From an archaeon (lineage in GTDB: Archaea; Thermoproteota; Nitrososphaeria; Conexivisphaerales; DTJL01): a DNA stretch of 48,793 bases. Each line of letters begins with the position of its first letter. Positions within the stretch are counted from its first letter, which is position 1. The notes beneath the pieces are model-generated. The model saw only the letters and a list, made by a program, of their open reading frames with translations. It did not search any database and was not told the DNA's origin. The position numbers and the translations under genes are program-made. The stretch is taken from contig JAKAPW010000002.1 of NCBI GenBank assembly GCA_021811935.1, forward strand, positions 1-48,793, read 5' to 3'. Below, in pieces: positions 8,173 through 16,787 of the stretch.

Positions 8173-9802
8173 CCCGACGAAGGGGGCCCGGTTTTCGGAC
8201 CTCTGCCGGACGCTGGAAGCGGTCGCCTCCGTCAGGGGCAGGAACGAGAAGGTCAGGCTCCTGTCAGAGTATCTTGCCGGGCTGCCGCGCGATGCGCTCC
8301 CCATAGCGTGCAGGTTCATGGCGGGGACGGGTGGGAAGACCAACGTGGGATGGGCTGCCGTCAACGACGCCGTCAGGGAGGTCTTCGACACAGGGCCGGG
8401 GGCGATCAGGGAGCTCTACCTCTCGCACGGCGACCTGGGGGTCCTCGTGCAGGAGCTGATGAAGGGCGGGAAGAAGTCCGTCCCCCTGCAGAGGGAGGAG
8501 CTCACCGTCCCCGGGCTGCAGGCCGCGTTCGACGAGCTGGCGAAGGCCGGCGGGCGCGGGAGCGTGGAACGCAGAAAGAAGGTGCTGGTCGGCCTGCTGC
8601 TGCAGTGCAGCGGCGTGGAAGCGAAGTACCTCATCAAGATACTGTCCGGAGAGCTCCGCACCGGCGCGACGGAAGGGACCGTGCTGGAGGCGCTGGGGAA
8701 GGCATTCGCCGTGGGCCGGGTCAGGGACTGGTACCTGATTCTGGGGGACGTCGGGGCGCTGGCCGACAGGCTCGCCTCGGGTGATGTGTCGGAGCCTTCC
8801 CCCCGCGCCTTCACACCCGTGGCGTTCATGCTCCCGCTCCCCCTCCCCGACGCCAGGAGCGCGATGGCCCACTTCGGGAAGCCTGTCTTCGGCGAGCACA
8901 AGTACGACGGCGTCAGGCTGCAGGCGCACCGCTTCCAGGAGGGGGTGAAGCTGTATTCCAGGCGCATGGAGGACGTGACCGCATCCTTCCCGGAGGTCTC
9001 GTCCGCCCTCTCCTCCCTCCGGGTCAGCGCCATATTGGACGGCGAGGTGGTGGGCTTCGACGCGGGGAGGCACATACCGTTCGTGAAGCTCCAGCAGAGG
9101 CTGCACAGGCGCGACGTGGGGAAACGGATGATGGAGGAGGTGCCCCTCCGCTACTACGTCTTCGACTTGCTGTACCTTGAAGGGAGGAGCATGCTGCGCT
9201 CCCCGCTGGCGGAAAGGCGGAGGGCCCTGGAAGGGCTGGACCTGGGAGGCGACCTGCGGCCGGCTGACCGGTTCCATGTGGAGGACGAAGCGCAGGCGGA
9301 GGAGCGCTTCCGCAGGAGCAGGAAGGAGGGATACGAAGGGCTGGTCCTGAAGGACCCCGGGTCGGGCTACACCCCCGGGAGGAGGGGAGGGCTGTGGGTG
9401 AAGCTGAAGGAGGAGATGGACACGCTGGACGCCGTGATAGTGCTGGCGGAGTGGGGGAACGGGAAGAGGGCAGGCCTCCTCTCTGACTACACGTTTGCCA
9501 TATGGGACGGCGGGGACCTGAAGCCGATAGGGAAGGCCTACAGCGGGCTGACGGACGCGGAGATAGGGGAGATGACCCTGGCACTGCAGAAGATCAAGGT
9601 GGGCGACGTGTGGAACGGCATCGTGGTGAAGCCTGCGGTGGTCCTCGAAGTGGCGTTCGACTCCGTCCAGAGGAGCGCGAGGCATTCCAGCGGCTTCGCG
9701 CTCCGCTTCCCGAGGATCAAGGCGGTCAGGCGCGACAAGAGACCGGAGGACGCGGACACCATCGAAAAGGTGAGGTCGCTCTATGAGTCGACCGGCGCGT
9801 AG
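8165..9802 (+). CDS. lig: ATP-dependent DNA ligase
   Basis: Adenylation motif EHKYDGVRLQAH, EGLVLKD and WVKLK motifs. TTG start overlapping the rimI stop. Confidence 0.9.
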   Translation: MTSPTKGARFSDLCRTLEAVASVRGRNEKVRLLSEYLAGLPRDALPIACRFMAGTGGKTNVGWAAVNDAVREVFDTGPGAIRELYLSHGDLGVLVQELMKGGKKSVPLQREELTVPGLQAAFDELAKAGGRGSVERRKKVLVGLLLQCSGVEAKYLIKILSGELRTGATEGTVLEALGKAFAVGRVRDWYLILGDVGALADRLASGDVSEPSPRAFTPVAFMLPLPLPDARSAMAHFGKPVFGEHKYDGVRLQAHRFQEGVKLYSRRMEDVTASFPEVSSALSSLRVSAILDGEVVGFDAGRHIPFVKLQQRLHRRDVGKRMMEEVPLRYYVFDLLYLEGRSMLRSPLAERRRALEGLDLGGDLRPADRFHVEDEAQAEERFRRSRKEGYEGLVLKDPGSGYTPGRRGGLWVKLKEEMDTLDAVIVLAEWGNGKRAGLLSDYTFAIWDGGDLKPIGKAYSGLTDAEIGEMTLALQKIKVGDVWNGIVVKPAVVLEVAFDSVQRSARHSSGFALRFPRIKAVRRDKRPEDADTIEKVRSLYESTGA

Positions 9803-11271
9803 TACCTGGCCAGCAGGACCTTCGCCAGCTCCTTGCCGTCGGCTGGACCCAGCCCGACCTGCCGGGACAGGAAGGCCACCCTCCTCTCCATCGATGCCCT
9901 GAGTGCGCCGGGGGAGAGTCCGTTCCCTTCGGCCCTCCGCTGGAGGGCGGTCGAGTGCTCCCAGCTCCCCGCGTACGCGCCCTCCCCCCTGCGGAAGATC
10001 GTCCTCCACCCGGCGGCGTGGTATTCGGACACGCGCTGCACCACCCTCAGGCTGGAGCCCTGGACCCTCCTGACGAAGACCACCGCGTCGATCGCCGACA
10101 GCATCCCCTGCGGGATGCCCACCGGGGGCTGGGTCAGCCTGCCGACCAGGGAGTCTTCGTCCGTGGCATGGAAGGTGGTGAGGGAGCCGTGGCCCGTCAG
10201 GGCGGACTGGAAGAGGGTGAACGTCTCGGAGCCCCTGGCCTCCCCGAGTATCACGAAGTCCGGCCTCTCCCGCAGGCTCAGCTTGACTAGGTCGAAGAGG
10301 TCGACCCTCCCGAGCCCGGACGACGAGCCCGGCCTCGTATGCAGCGCCTTCCAGCCCTGCATCGGCAGGTTTATCTCGCGCACGTCCTCTATGCTTATCA
10401 CCTTCCAGTTGGGGTGCAGGACCGCCGCCAGCGAATTGAGCAGCGTGGTCTTCCCGCTGGCGCTCGTCCCGACTATCATGACGAACCCCTTCAGCTCCAG
10501 GAGGGCCCACAGGTAGGCGGCTACCTCGGCCGACACCGTCCCCGACTTTATCAGCTCCACGATGCTGTAGGGCGACGCGCGGAACTTGCGTATGGAGAAG
10601 CTGCTGCCGAAGCTGGAGACCTCGCCCTTCCAGGTGCAGGTCACCCTGTGGCCTTCGGGGAGCGTGGCGTCCGTGACGGGCTGGGCGGAGGAGACGAAGG
10701 AGCCCGCCCGGTTGGCCAGCTTCATGACCAGCGAATCGAGGGAGGCCGAGTTCAGGAAGAGGCCGCCTTCGAGCCACTCCTGCCGGTTGTGTCTGGCGTG
10801 CCACAGCCTTATCCTCCTGCCCGGCCCTTCGCAGGAGACGTCTTCGAGGTACGGGTCCTTCAGGTAGGGGTCCAGGGGGCCGTAGCCCAATATGTCCCTG
10901 TGGAGGTAGTAGGCGACCGTCCTAATCTCGTCCTCCCCGACCCCCAGCAGGCGCCTGTTCCGTTTCAGGTTGGCCATCATGTAGCCCACCGGGTCGACCT
11001 CTATCACGTCCGAGGAGGCGAGCCACGAGGGCGAGGTGGCTATGGCCTCCTCCACCACCGCCTTCGTCCCGGGCATCAGCTCGGGCTCCCTGACCAGGTA
11101 GTGGCCCGCCCCTTCGCAGGCGTAGAGCGAGACCCTCAGGGGGACGGGTTCCATGGGCCCTATCGGGTAGTGGACCACGTATTCTTCCAGGGGCTCCGCC
11201 CCCGCGGGGGGCTCGTCCGGAAGCCGCACTATGGCGTAGGCGGCCCGACCGTCCTTCGGCTGCCTCAACAC
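9781..11271 (-). CDS. Type II/IV secretion-system ATPase (archaeal PilB/FlaI-like)
   Basis: Walker A IVGTSASGKTTLLN, then ISIEDVREINL and ILGEARGSE boxes. The GTG start overlaps the stop of the upstream 558-aa gene. Confidence 0.9.
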   Translation of the reverse strand: MLRQPKDGRAAYAIVRLPDEPPAGAEPLEEYVVHYPIGPMEPVPLRVSLYACEGAGHYLVREPELMPGTKAVVEEAIATSPSWLASSDVIEVDPVGYMMANLKRNRRLLGVGEDEIRTVAYYLHRDILGYGPLDPYLKDPYLEDVSCEGPGRRIRLWHARHNRQEWLEGGLFLNSASLDSLVMKLANRAGSFVSSAQPVTDATLPEGHRVTCTWKGEVSSFGSSFSIRKFRASPYSIVELIKSGTVSAEVAAYLWALLELKGFVMIVGTSASGKTTLLNSLAAVLHPNWKVISIEDVREINLPMQGWKALHTRPGSSSGLGRVDLFDLVKLSLRERPDFVILGEARGSETFTLFQSALTGHGSLTTFHATDEDSLVGRLTQPPVGIPQGMLSAIDAVVFVRRVQGSSLRVVQRVSEYHAAGWRTIFRRGEGAYAGSWEHSTALQRRAEGNGLSPGALRASMERRVAFLSRQVGLGPADGKELAKVLLARYYAPVDS

Positions 11272-12941
11272 CCCTGCCCCCAGAGGCCGGAGGCTCCCCC
11301 GCCGCCCAGAAGGAGCATGGCATAGCAGCCCGTCCCCTGCACCAGGATGGGGTCGGCGCTGCCGGGCTGGGGGATGCTGTAGGAGGGGGCCGCGCGCCCT
11401 GTGGACGCCAGGGAGTAGTTGAAGAAAAGGATGCCTCCGGACGTGGCGACGGCCAGCGTGGAGTTGGGCAGTATGTAGATGTCAGGGATGGTGGACGTGG
11501 TTACGTAGGAGGAAGGGAAGGAGGGGTAGGTCTTGGAGTAGGGGAAGAAGGAGGCGAGGGGGGCTGTCGACGCCACGGACAGGTTGGCCGCGACGTCGAG
11601 GACCTGGGCGACGCCCGACGGCGGTATCGTCACGAGCAGGCGCTGGGCGTCCAGGAAGGCGAATCGGAAGTTGTAAAGCATGGAAAGAGAGTAGCCGCCA
11701 CGGTACAGGACGCGCCTGGCCAGCAGCGCCCCGGTGGAGGTGTCATACACGTCGAGGAAGACGGTGACGGTGGTCTGCGTCCTCATGGGCACGACGACCG
11801 CGGCGTAGACGCCGTCCACCGCCATCGTGGGCGTCCAGGGAGGGGTGGGGACCAGCACGTAGGGATACCCCGGATAGTCGCGCGTCAGGTTGTACTGCCT
11901 GAGGAGAGAAACGCTCCCGTTCCAGGAGTAGACCCTCATGTAGAAGGCGCTCCCCGGGAACGACCCCTGGCTCGGGAACTCGTTCATCATCAGCGACGAC
12001 GCGGTCCCGGCCCCCATCTGTATGACGTCGCTGCCGTTGTACGCCTGCCCGTAGTAGCCGTACATTATTTCGTTCGGTCCGGTCGGGTAGGGGCCGGGGT
12101 CGAACGCGGGTCCGGGCGTCACCTGTGGCGAGAACGGATGGAAGACGAACCAGAAGGTGAACGACGTCGAGCTGTAGTACCTGTACTGCAGGTCCGACAC
12201 GAGGAACCCCGGCGTCCCGGCCGTGATGGAATACCCGTACAGGTTGGTCAGCACCATCGACTGGGCCGTGGGGAACTGCTCCGCGAGGCTTCCGACGTCG
12301 AGGTGCCACCTGTTGTAATGCCACTCGGTGTACGTCAGCGTGTAGCCGGGGTCCGGCGAGGGGACCAGCCCCATCGTCGACGCCGTGGCATAGAAGGGGG
12401 CCTTGGAGGCGTAGGACGAGGTCCATCTTGGGGTGCCGTCCGGGTAGAACGAGCTTATCTCCCAGCCCGTGGAGACGGGGTCGATTATGTAGTAGGCGTT
12501 CGCCCCGTTAGGAGAGAAGAAGAACCGCGCGCCGGGGGAGTACGAGGAGGTCGTGCCGTACCCCGCCTGCGTGGTGTAGAAGGAGTTGCCCAGGGACGTT
12601 ATGGCATACGCCGAAGTGGCGCCCGAGGGGGCGGGAAGCGTCAACGACCCTTCCGACTGCATCGTCGCGTTGACGTACTGCAGCTGACCCTGCGGCTCGA
12701 ACCGGACGTACATCACCGTGGACGGGATCGAGCCGCCGTTCGATATGTTCAGCGCGCCCCCTGCCAGCGCGAGCACGAGCCGCTCCGACTGCTTCTCGTC
12801 GTGGACCGTCTGCAGCCCAGAGCTCTCCCTCTGGACCTGCGCCATGCCCTGCATCACGCTGAGCTGGACGGCCATGGTGGCCACCAGCATCAGGGCCAGC
12901 GTAGCCGCCGCGAATATCTGGCCGACCGCCCTCCTCCTCAA
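11265..12941 (-). CDS. Large (558 aa) secreted or pilus-associated protein with a class-III-signal-like N-terminus; no recognisable family
   Basis: The TTG start at 12941 overlaps the TGA of the upstream gene (TTGA). N-terminus MRRRAVGQIFAAATLALMLVATMAV, followed by a Tyr/Ser/Thr/Pro/Gly-rich body with 8 N-x-S/T sequons. The 3' end overlaps the ATPase start. Confidence 0.6.
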   Translation of the reverse strand: MRRRAVGQIFAAATLALMLVATMAVQLSVMQGMAQVQRESSGLQTVHDEKQSERLVLALAGGALNISNGGSIPSTVMYVRFEPQGQLQYVNATMQSEGSLTLPAPSGATSAYAITSLGNSFYTTQAGYGTTSSYSPGARFFFSPNGANAYYIIDPVSTGWEISSFYPDGTPRWTSSYASKAPFYATASTMGLVPSPDPGYTLTYTEWHYNRWHLDVGSLAEQFPTAQSMVLTNLYGYSITAGTPGFLVSDLQYRYYSSTSFTFWFVFHPFSPQVTPGPAFDPGPYPTGPNEIMYGYYGQAYNGSDVIQMGAGTASSLMMNEFPSQGSFPGSAFYMRVYSWNGSVSLLRQYNLTRDYPGYPYVLVPTPPWTPTMAVDGVYAAVVVPMRTQTTVTVFLDVYDTSTGALLARRVLYRGGYSLSMLYNFRFAFLDAQRLLVTIPPSGVAQVLDVAANLSVASTAPLASFFPYSKTYPSFPSSYVTTSTIPDIYILPNSTLAVATSGGILFFNYSLASTGRAAPSYSIPQPGSADPILVQGTGCYAMLLLGGGGASGLWGQGC

Positions 12942-13348
12942 ATGCGCATGGTCACCCCCTGGTCGAAGACTATCACCAGCCCGGCGGAGCAGGCGGCGGT
13001 GAGGATCGCCAGCCGCCCCCTGGGTATCGCGCCGAGCTGGGCTCCGGTGACGGGGTCCCAGAGCTTCCAGTCCGCCCGCGACGGGCCGCAATAGACCGCT
13101 GCCACCGACGGCCGGGTCAGGCCGAAGTTGAACAGCCCCACGGAGAAGTAGCTCCCGTTCTGGTGGACGGACACGATGTCGACGCCGAAGCCTGCCAGGG
13201 CGACCTGTTCCCCGACGCTGGCAAGCGCCGTGGCCTGGCTTTCCTTGAGCCAGGAATAGTAGGCTGTGGACATCATGGAGGAGAGCCCTATCATGACGCC
13301 CAGGACTATGACAGAAGACAGTATTTCCGACACGGCGGCCTTGGCCAA
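12938..13348 (-). CDS. Small pilin-like / FlaF-FlaG-like protein with an N-terminal hydrophobic helix
   Basis: TTG start. MAKAAVSEILSSVIVLGVMIGLSS resembles archaeal type IV pilin or archaellum accessory N-termini. It sits inside the pilus operon. Confidence 0.5.
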   Translation of the reverse strand: MAKAAVSEILSSVIVLGVMIGLSSMMSTAYYSWLKESQATALASVGEQVALAGFGVDIVSVHQNGSYFSVGLFNFGLTRPSVAAVYCGPSRADWKLWDPVTGAQLGAIPRGRLAILTAACSAGLVIVFDQGVTMRI

Positions 13349-13369
13349 GGTCGACCCCCCCTCCCCTGC

Positions 13370-13510
13370 CTACGCGTGCCCGAACGGGAGGGCCGGCAAC
13401 ATCGGCGGAAGCTGGTAGCCCGGATGAAGGAACAGGGGGAGGATGATGAGCCCGGAGACCCCCACCACGACCGTCAGCGCGACCGCCAGCCCGACCCTGC
13501 CCAAGCCCAC
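13370..13510 (-). CDS. Possible 46-aa single-pass membrane peptide (not in the ORF track)
   Basis: GTG at 13510 preceded by GGGAGGGG. Translation: MGLGRVGLAVALTVVVGVSGLIILPLFLHPGYQLPPMLPALPFGHA. It fills the only gap in the operon, but short ORFs arise easily in GC-rich DNA. Confidence 0.2.
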   Translation of the reverse strand: MGLGRVGLAVALTVVVGVSGLIILPLFLHPGYQLPPMLPALPFGHA

Positions 13511-13520
13511 CCCTCCCTAC

Positions 13521-13970
13521 TTACTGGACGATCAGCTGGAAGGTCCTGGACACGGCGCCGCCGAAGATCGTAAGGTACACGGAGGAGCCGTCCGCCAGGT
13601 GAGGTCCGCCCGCCACGTCCAGCCAGAGCGACGCGACGTCCCCCGGCTGGAGCGACGGCCCGGCATTCAGGAAGGTCATGTTGTGGCCGGGGACGAGCAG
13701 GAACGTCTCCCCTCCCGCCCTGAGCGACGCGCCCGTGATGTTCAGAGGCACGTCGCCGTCGTTGCGCACGTTCACGCTGAAGACGGACATGTCCGGAGTG
13801 ACCGTGTAATCCGTCACCGACATGGACGGATTCCTGATGGAGGAGGCGAAGATGCTCCTGGCCTCCGTGAAGAAGAGCCCGCCGAGCGCAAGCGTGGCGA
13901 CTATCAGTATCCCGGTAGCTATCAGAGGGCTGATGCCCCTTTTCTTCAATATCCCATTACCCCCGGCCAA
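13521..13970 (-). CDS. Archaeal type IV pilin (class III signal peptide)
   Basis: MAGGNGILKKRG|ISPLIATGILIVATLALGG is the canonical KRG-ISP prepilin peptidase site followed by a hydrophobic helix. Confidence 0.85.
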   Translation of the reverse strand: MAGGNGILKKRGISPLIATGILIVATLALGGLFFTEARSIFASSIRNPSMSVTDYTVTPDMSVFSVNVRNDGDVPLNITGASLRAGGETFLLVPGHNMTFLNAGPSLQPGDVASLWLDVAGGPHLADGSSVYLTIFGGAVSRTFQLIVQ

Positions 13971-14000
13971 TCCCGCTGCGTTATATAACGGCAGAACGGG

Positions 14001-15818
14001 TCAGGCCAAGCCATAGAACAGCATCGACACCAGCGCCGTCACGGCCGTGGCCAGCAACACGGGCACCGCCCTGACCGTGAAGGTCGCGAGCTTGCTGGAC
14101 ACTATCCCGGTCAGGACGGCTATCTCCACCAGCACGTAGGACGCGAGGGTGACGTAGCCCTGCGGGAGCGAGACGCCGGTCCCCGGCAGCCCGGAGAAGG
14201 AGCCGAATATGGAGTACACCACCGACACGCCGCCGAAGGCCACGAGGGGCATCGACGCCGACAGGACGACCGCCCACAGCATCTCTCTGCGCACCATCCT
14301 CCAGGTGTTCACCTGCCTCCGCAGGAAGTCCCTGAACCTCTCCATCGGCGCGACGCCCGACCCGAGCATTACAGCGAAGCCGAACGCCGTGAAGGACGCC
14401 CTGACGAGCCACGAATCTGACTCCGTCAGCGCCCCCGCCAGAGGAGGGGCCTCCCCGTTCGCGACGCGGGCCAGGAAGGCCGTTATCATGCTTCTGAAGC
14501 CCGTCCCCCTGACGACCTCCGCGGCGCCTTCCATGGACTCCACCGTCCCCTTGCCCAGGCGGAGCGATTCCACCATGTACATCGCCATGGTGAGCAGGTC
14601 CCTTTCGTCCCTCCTTGCCCCGAGGAATTGGCGCGCGTACTGCGCGGCGGCCGGGGAAAGCGCGACCGCCAGGGCGGCCAGGAACAGCGAGGGGCCGTGC
14701 AGAAGGGCCCGCAGCGCGAAATAGGAGAGCGCGCCGGCGCCCATCCCCACCGACAGGTGCCTCCCTATCTCGACCCTGTCCCTGAGCGAAGGCCCCCAGC
14801 CGTCCAGGAGTATCATGACCAGGACCACGAAAAAGGGAAGGAGCGCGGCGACGTAGTAAAGGTTGTACATCCCGACCTGCCCTATCGCGGACAGCATGAC
14901 GAGGAGCGCCGGGCTCAGGGACAGCCCGATGAGGAGCGCCTCCACCGCGTCGCGCGTCCCCTTGGTCCTCTCCAGCCATCGCGACTCGGTCTCCGCCATG
15001 ACGGCGTCCAGCCTGTCCTTCAGGAATCCGTGCCTGTCCCCGCCGGACGCTATCATGGTCAGATACCCGTCTATCGACGAGGCAATGAGCTCGTGGCGGA
15101 CGCATCCCCTCAGCCTCTCGAGCGCCTGCGCGTAGCTGTCCGAAAAATAGGCGGCCAGCTTCGTATATTCGAGCCTGACCCTGTGCAGGGCGGGGAAGAC
15201 GGCTCCGACCCTGGGCCCGAAGGACATTATCGCCGACTCCAGCCCTCCCTTGCCTGTCTCCGAATAGTAGGTCGAAAGGAGAAGGAGGAAGGGTGCTTCG
15301 TAGTCCAGCTCCCTCCAGCCGTCCGCCCCCCAGAACGCGACGAGAAGGGAGGCCAGCACGAGGAGGATCGACGGCGGGAGGAGGGCGGGGAGTCGGAGGG
15401 ACAGCAGGGCGACGGACCCCCCGCCGAGCAGCGAAAGGTTGGAGGCGATCGCCCTGCCGTGCGAACCCCGGGAGAGCGCGAACCGCCCCGGCGGGGGCGA
15501 GGCCAGCGCGTCTCTGAGGGCCATCCTCGCCCCCCACGCCGCCCGCGGCGTCACCGCGAACGCGCACGCGCAGAGGAGCAGGAGGGGCGCGAACGGCGGG
15601 CTGGAGAAGAGCGACATGGCTGCCGCGGCCGAAAAGTACGCAGGCAGCAGGTACCTGGACCTGCCCTGCCCGAGGTCCAGGGAGGCCGGCACCGTCAGTA
15701 GGGCGGCCTCCAGCAGGGAGAGGCCGTACCGGGGGAGGCCCGCCTCCAGAAGCAGGACCCCGCCGAAGGACGCCGCCGAAAGCGCGTGCACGACGGGCCA
15801 TCTGGCAGAAACCCGCAT
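14001..15818 (-). CDS. FlaJ/TadC/PilC-like polytopic membrane platform protein
   Basis: Multi-TM protein. IDGYLTMIASGGDRHGFLKDRL resembles the FlaJ/TadC (T2SS-F) ...GY..v..SGGD...fL segment. It lies in the operon with the pilins and ATPase. The alternative frame 13981..15858 is Arg/Gly/Pro-rich and was rejected. Confidence 0.75.
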   Translation of the reverse strand: MRVSARWPVVHALSAASFGGVLLLEAGLPRYGLSLLEAALLTVPASLDLGQGRSRYLLPAYFSAAAAMSLFSSPPFAPLLLLCACAFAVTPRAAWGARMALRDALASPPPGRFALSRGSHGRAIASNLSLLGGGSVALLSLRLPALLPPSILLVLASLLVAFWGADGWRELDYEAPFLLLLSTYYSETGKGGLESAIMSFGPRVGAVFPALHRVRLEYTKLAAYFSDSYAQALERLRGCVRHELIASSIDGYLTMIASGGDRHGFLKDRLDAVMAETESRWLERTKGTRDAVEALLIGLSLSPALLVMLSAIGQVGMYNLYYVAALLPFFVVLVMILLDGWGPSLRDRVEIGRHLSVGMGAGALSYFALRALLHGPSLFLAALAVALSPAAAQYARQFLGARRDERDLLTMAMYMVESLRLGKGTVESMEGAAEVVRGTGFRSMITAFLARVANGEAPPLAGALTESDSWLVRASFTAFGFAVMLGSGVAPMERFRDFLRRQVNTWRMVRREMLWAVVLSASMPLVAFGGVSVVYSIFGSFSGLPGTGVSLPQGYVTLASYVLVEIAVLTGIVSSKLATFTVRAVPVLLATAVTALVSMLFYGLA

Positions 15819-15860
15819 GGACGGTCAGCGGGCAGGGAGATTTAACACGCTGTGGCAAGC

Positions 15861-15868
15861 GTTATATC
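15861..15868 (+). promoter_or_regulatory. TATA-box-like element for the prepilin peptidase gene
   Basis: GTTATATC ends 27 nt upstream of the in-frame TTG at 15895. Confidence 0.4.
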
Positions 15869-15894
15869 CGGAGCGGCGGCAGCTAGAGGGCGGC

Positions 15895-16494
15895 TTGTTC
15901 GCGGAAGCTCTGGTTTCGGTCACCTTCGCGCTCGTGATATACCAGGACTTCAAGGACAGGCTTGTGGCCGACTGGGCGTGGATACCGGCCGCCGTCGCCG
16001 TGCCCGTGATGCTGTACGAAGCGGGGGGGCTGTGGTGGCTGGCCGCGGCGCGGCTCGGGCTGGTGGCCGCGATCGCAGCCGTCTCCTGGGCGGCGGGCCT
16101 CTTCGGGGAGGCCGATTCCATAGCCATAGCCGCGATGGGGATAGGGTCGTCGCCGTTCTCCCCCCTCCTCCAGTTCCTGGCCGCGAGCGCGGTGGCCCTG
16201 ACCCACATGGCGGCCATGATGATGAAGCACAGGTCGTTCAGGATGGAGACCAGGATGAGCGTCGAAGACGCGGCAGGGCAGAACGTCTGGATCCCGCGAA
16301 AGATATTGATGGGCGAGGAGACGGTAAGGCTGGACAGCAACCCGAGCAAGGCGTGGGACTCCCTGAAGGACTACGGAGGAAGGGGGGCCACCGTCGTGGC
16401 GTCGTACGGCGTCCCGCTGGCGGGCTACATGGCCGCGGGCTACATCGTCTTCTTCCTGTCTCAGGTCCTGCAGTTCTACGGGCTCTTGCTGTAG
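15895..16494 (+). CDS. A24-family prepilin/preflagellin peptidase (PibD/FlaK-like)
   Basis: The first catalytic Asp context is VIYQDFKDRLVADWAWIP and the second is FGEADSIAIAAMG (GxxD motif); the protein is polytopic. The start is set at the TTG at 15895 (TATA 27 nt upstream). The ATG at 15817 would overlap the divergent platform gene's start codon. Confidence 0.75.
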   Translation: MFAEALVSVTFALVIYQDFKDRLVADWAWIPAAVAVPVMLYEAGGLWWLAAARLGLVAAIAAVSWAAGLFGEADSIAIAAMGIGSSPFSPLLQFLAASAVALTHMAAMMMKHRSFRMETRMSVEDAAGQNVWIPRKILMGEETVRLDSNPSKAWDSLKDYGGRGATVVASYGVPLAGYMAAGYIVFFLSQVLQFYGLLL

Positions 16495-16700
16495 CTCCAG
16501 ACTATTATCATGGCCAGCGACAAGAAGGACGTCGCCAGGCCGACCAGCGAGGCGTCCACCAGCTGGGCGTTGCCCAGGAGCGCAAGCATGACGGAGTACA
16601 GACCCTGGAGCAGGTTGGTCTTGTAGACGAAGAGGAAGCCTATGAACCCGAGCGCGTACCCTATGATCCAGAAGCCGAAGAGGATGGTGCTTCTTCCCAA
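16476..16700 (-). CDS. Small hydrophobic membrane protein (74 aa), hypothetical
   Basis: 2-3 predicted TM helices (ILFGFWIIGYALGFIGFLFVY...). No recognisable family. Overlaps the peptidase 3' end by 19 nt. Confidence 0.4.
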   Translation of the reverse strand: MGRSTILFGFWIIGYALGFIGFLFVYKTNLLQGLYSVMLALLGNAQLVDASLVGLATSFLSLAMIIVWSYSKSP

Positions 16701-16787
16701 ATATCTTCTCCTCTTCCGGACAGTAGCCCCGACCTTTATTTAGTCAGGAGGACAAACAAGAATTGACCTGATGGTCGAACTGTTGCG

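Noticed and set aside
8264-10804. 846-aa minus-strand ORF spanning the DNA ligase (antisense) and part of the pilus ATPase region.
   Set aside because: It has the Arg/Pro/Gly/Ala-rich, low-complexity composition typical of off-frame ORFs in GC-rich DNA, and no motifs. The overlapping frames encode clear ligase (KYDG) and Walker-A ATPase homologues.
15816-15819. Divergent platform and peptidase genes seemingly starting on overlapping codons (CAT/ATG within GCATGG).
   Set aside because: This would leave no promoter space. A TATA-like element at 15861-68 and an in-frame TTG at 15895 give a peptidase N-terminus (MFAEALVSVTFALVIYQDFKD) typical of A24 peptidases. The ATG at 15817 is therefore probably not used.
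13981-15858. 625-aa alternative minus-strand frame over the platform-protein gene.
   Set aside because: It is extremely Arg/Gly/Pro/Ala-rich with no TM segments. The 14001..15818 frame gives a coherent polytopic FlaJ/TadC-like protein.
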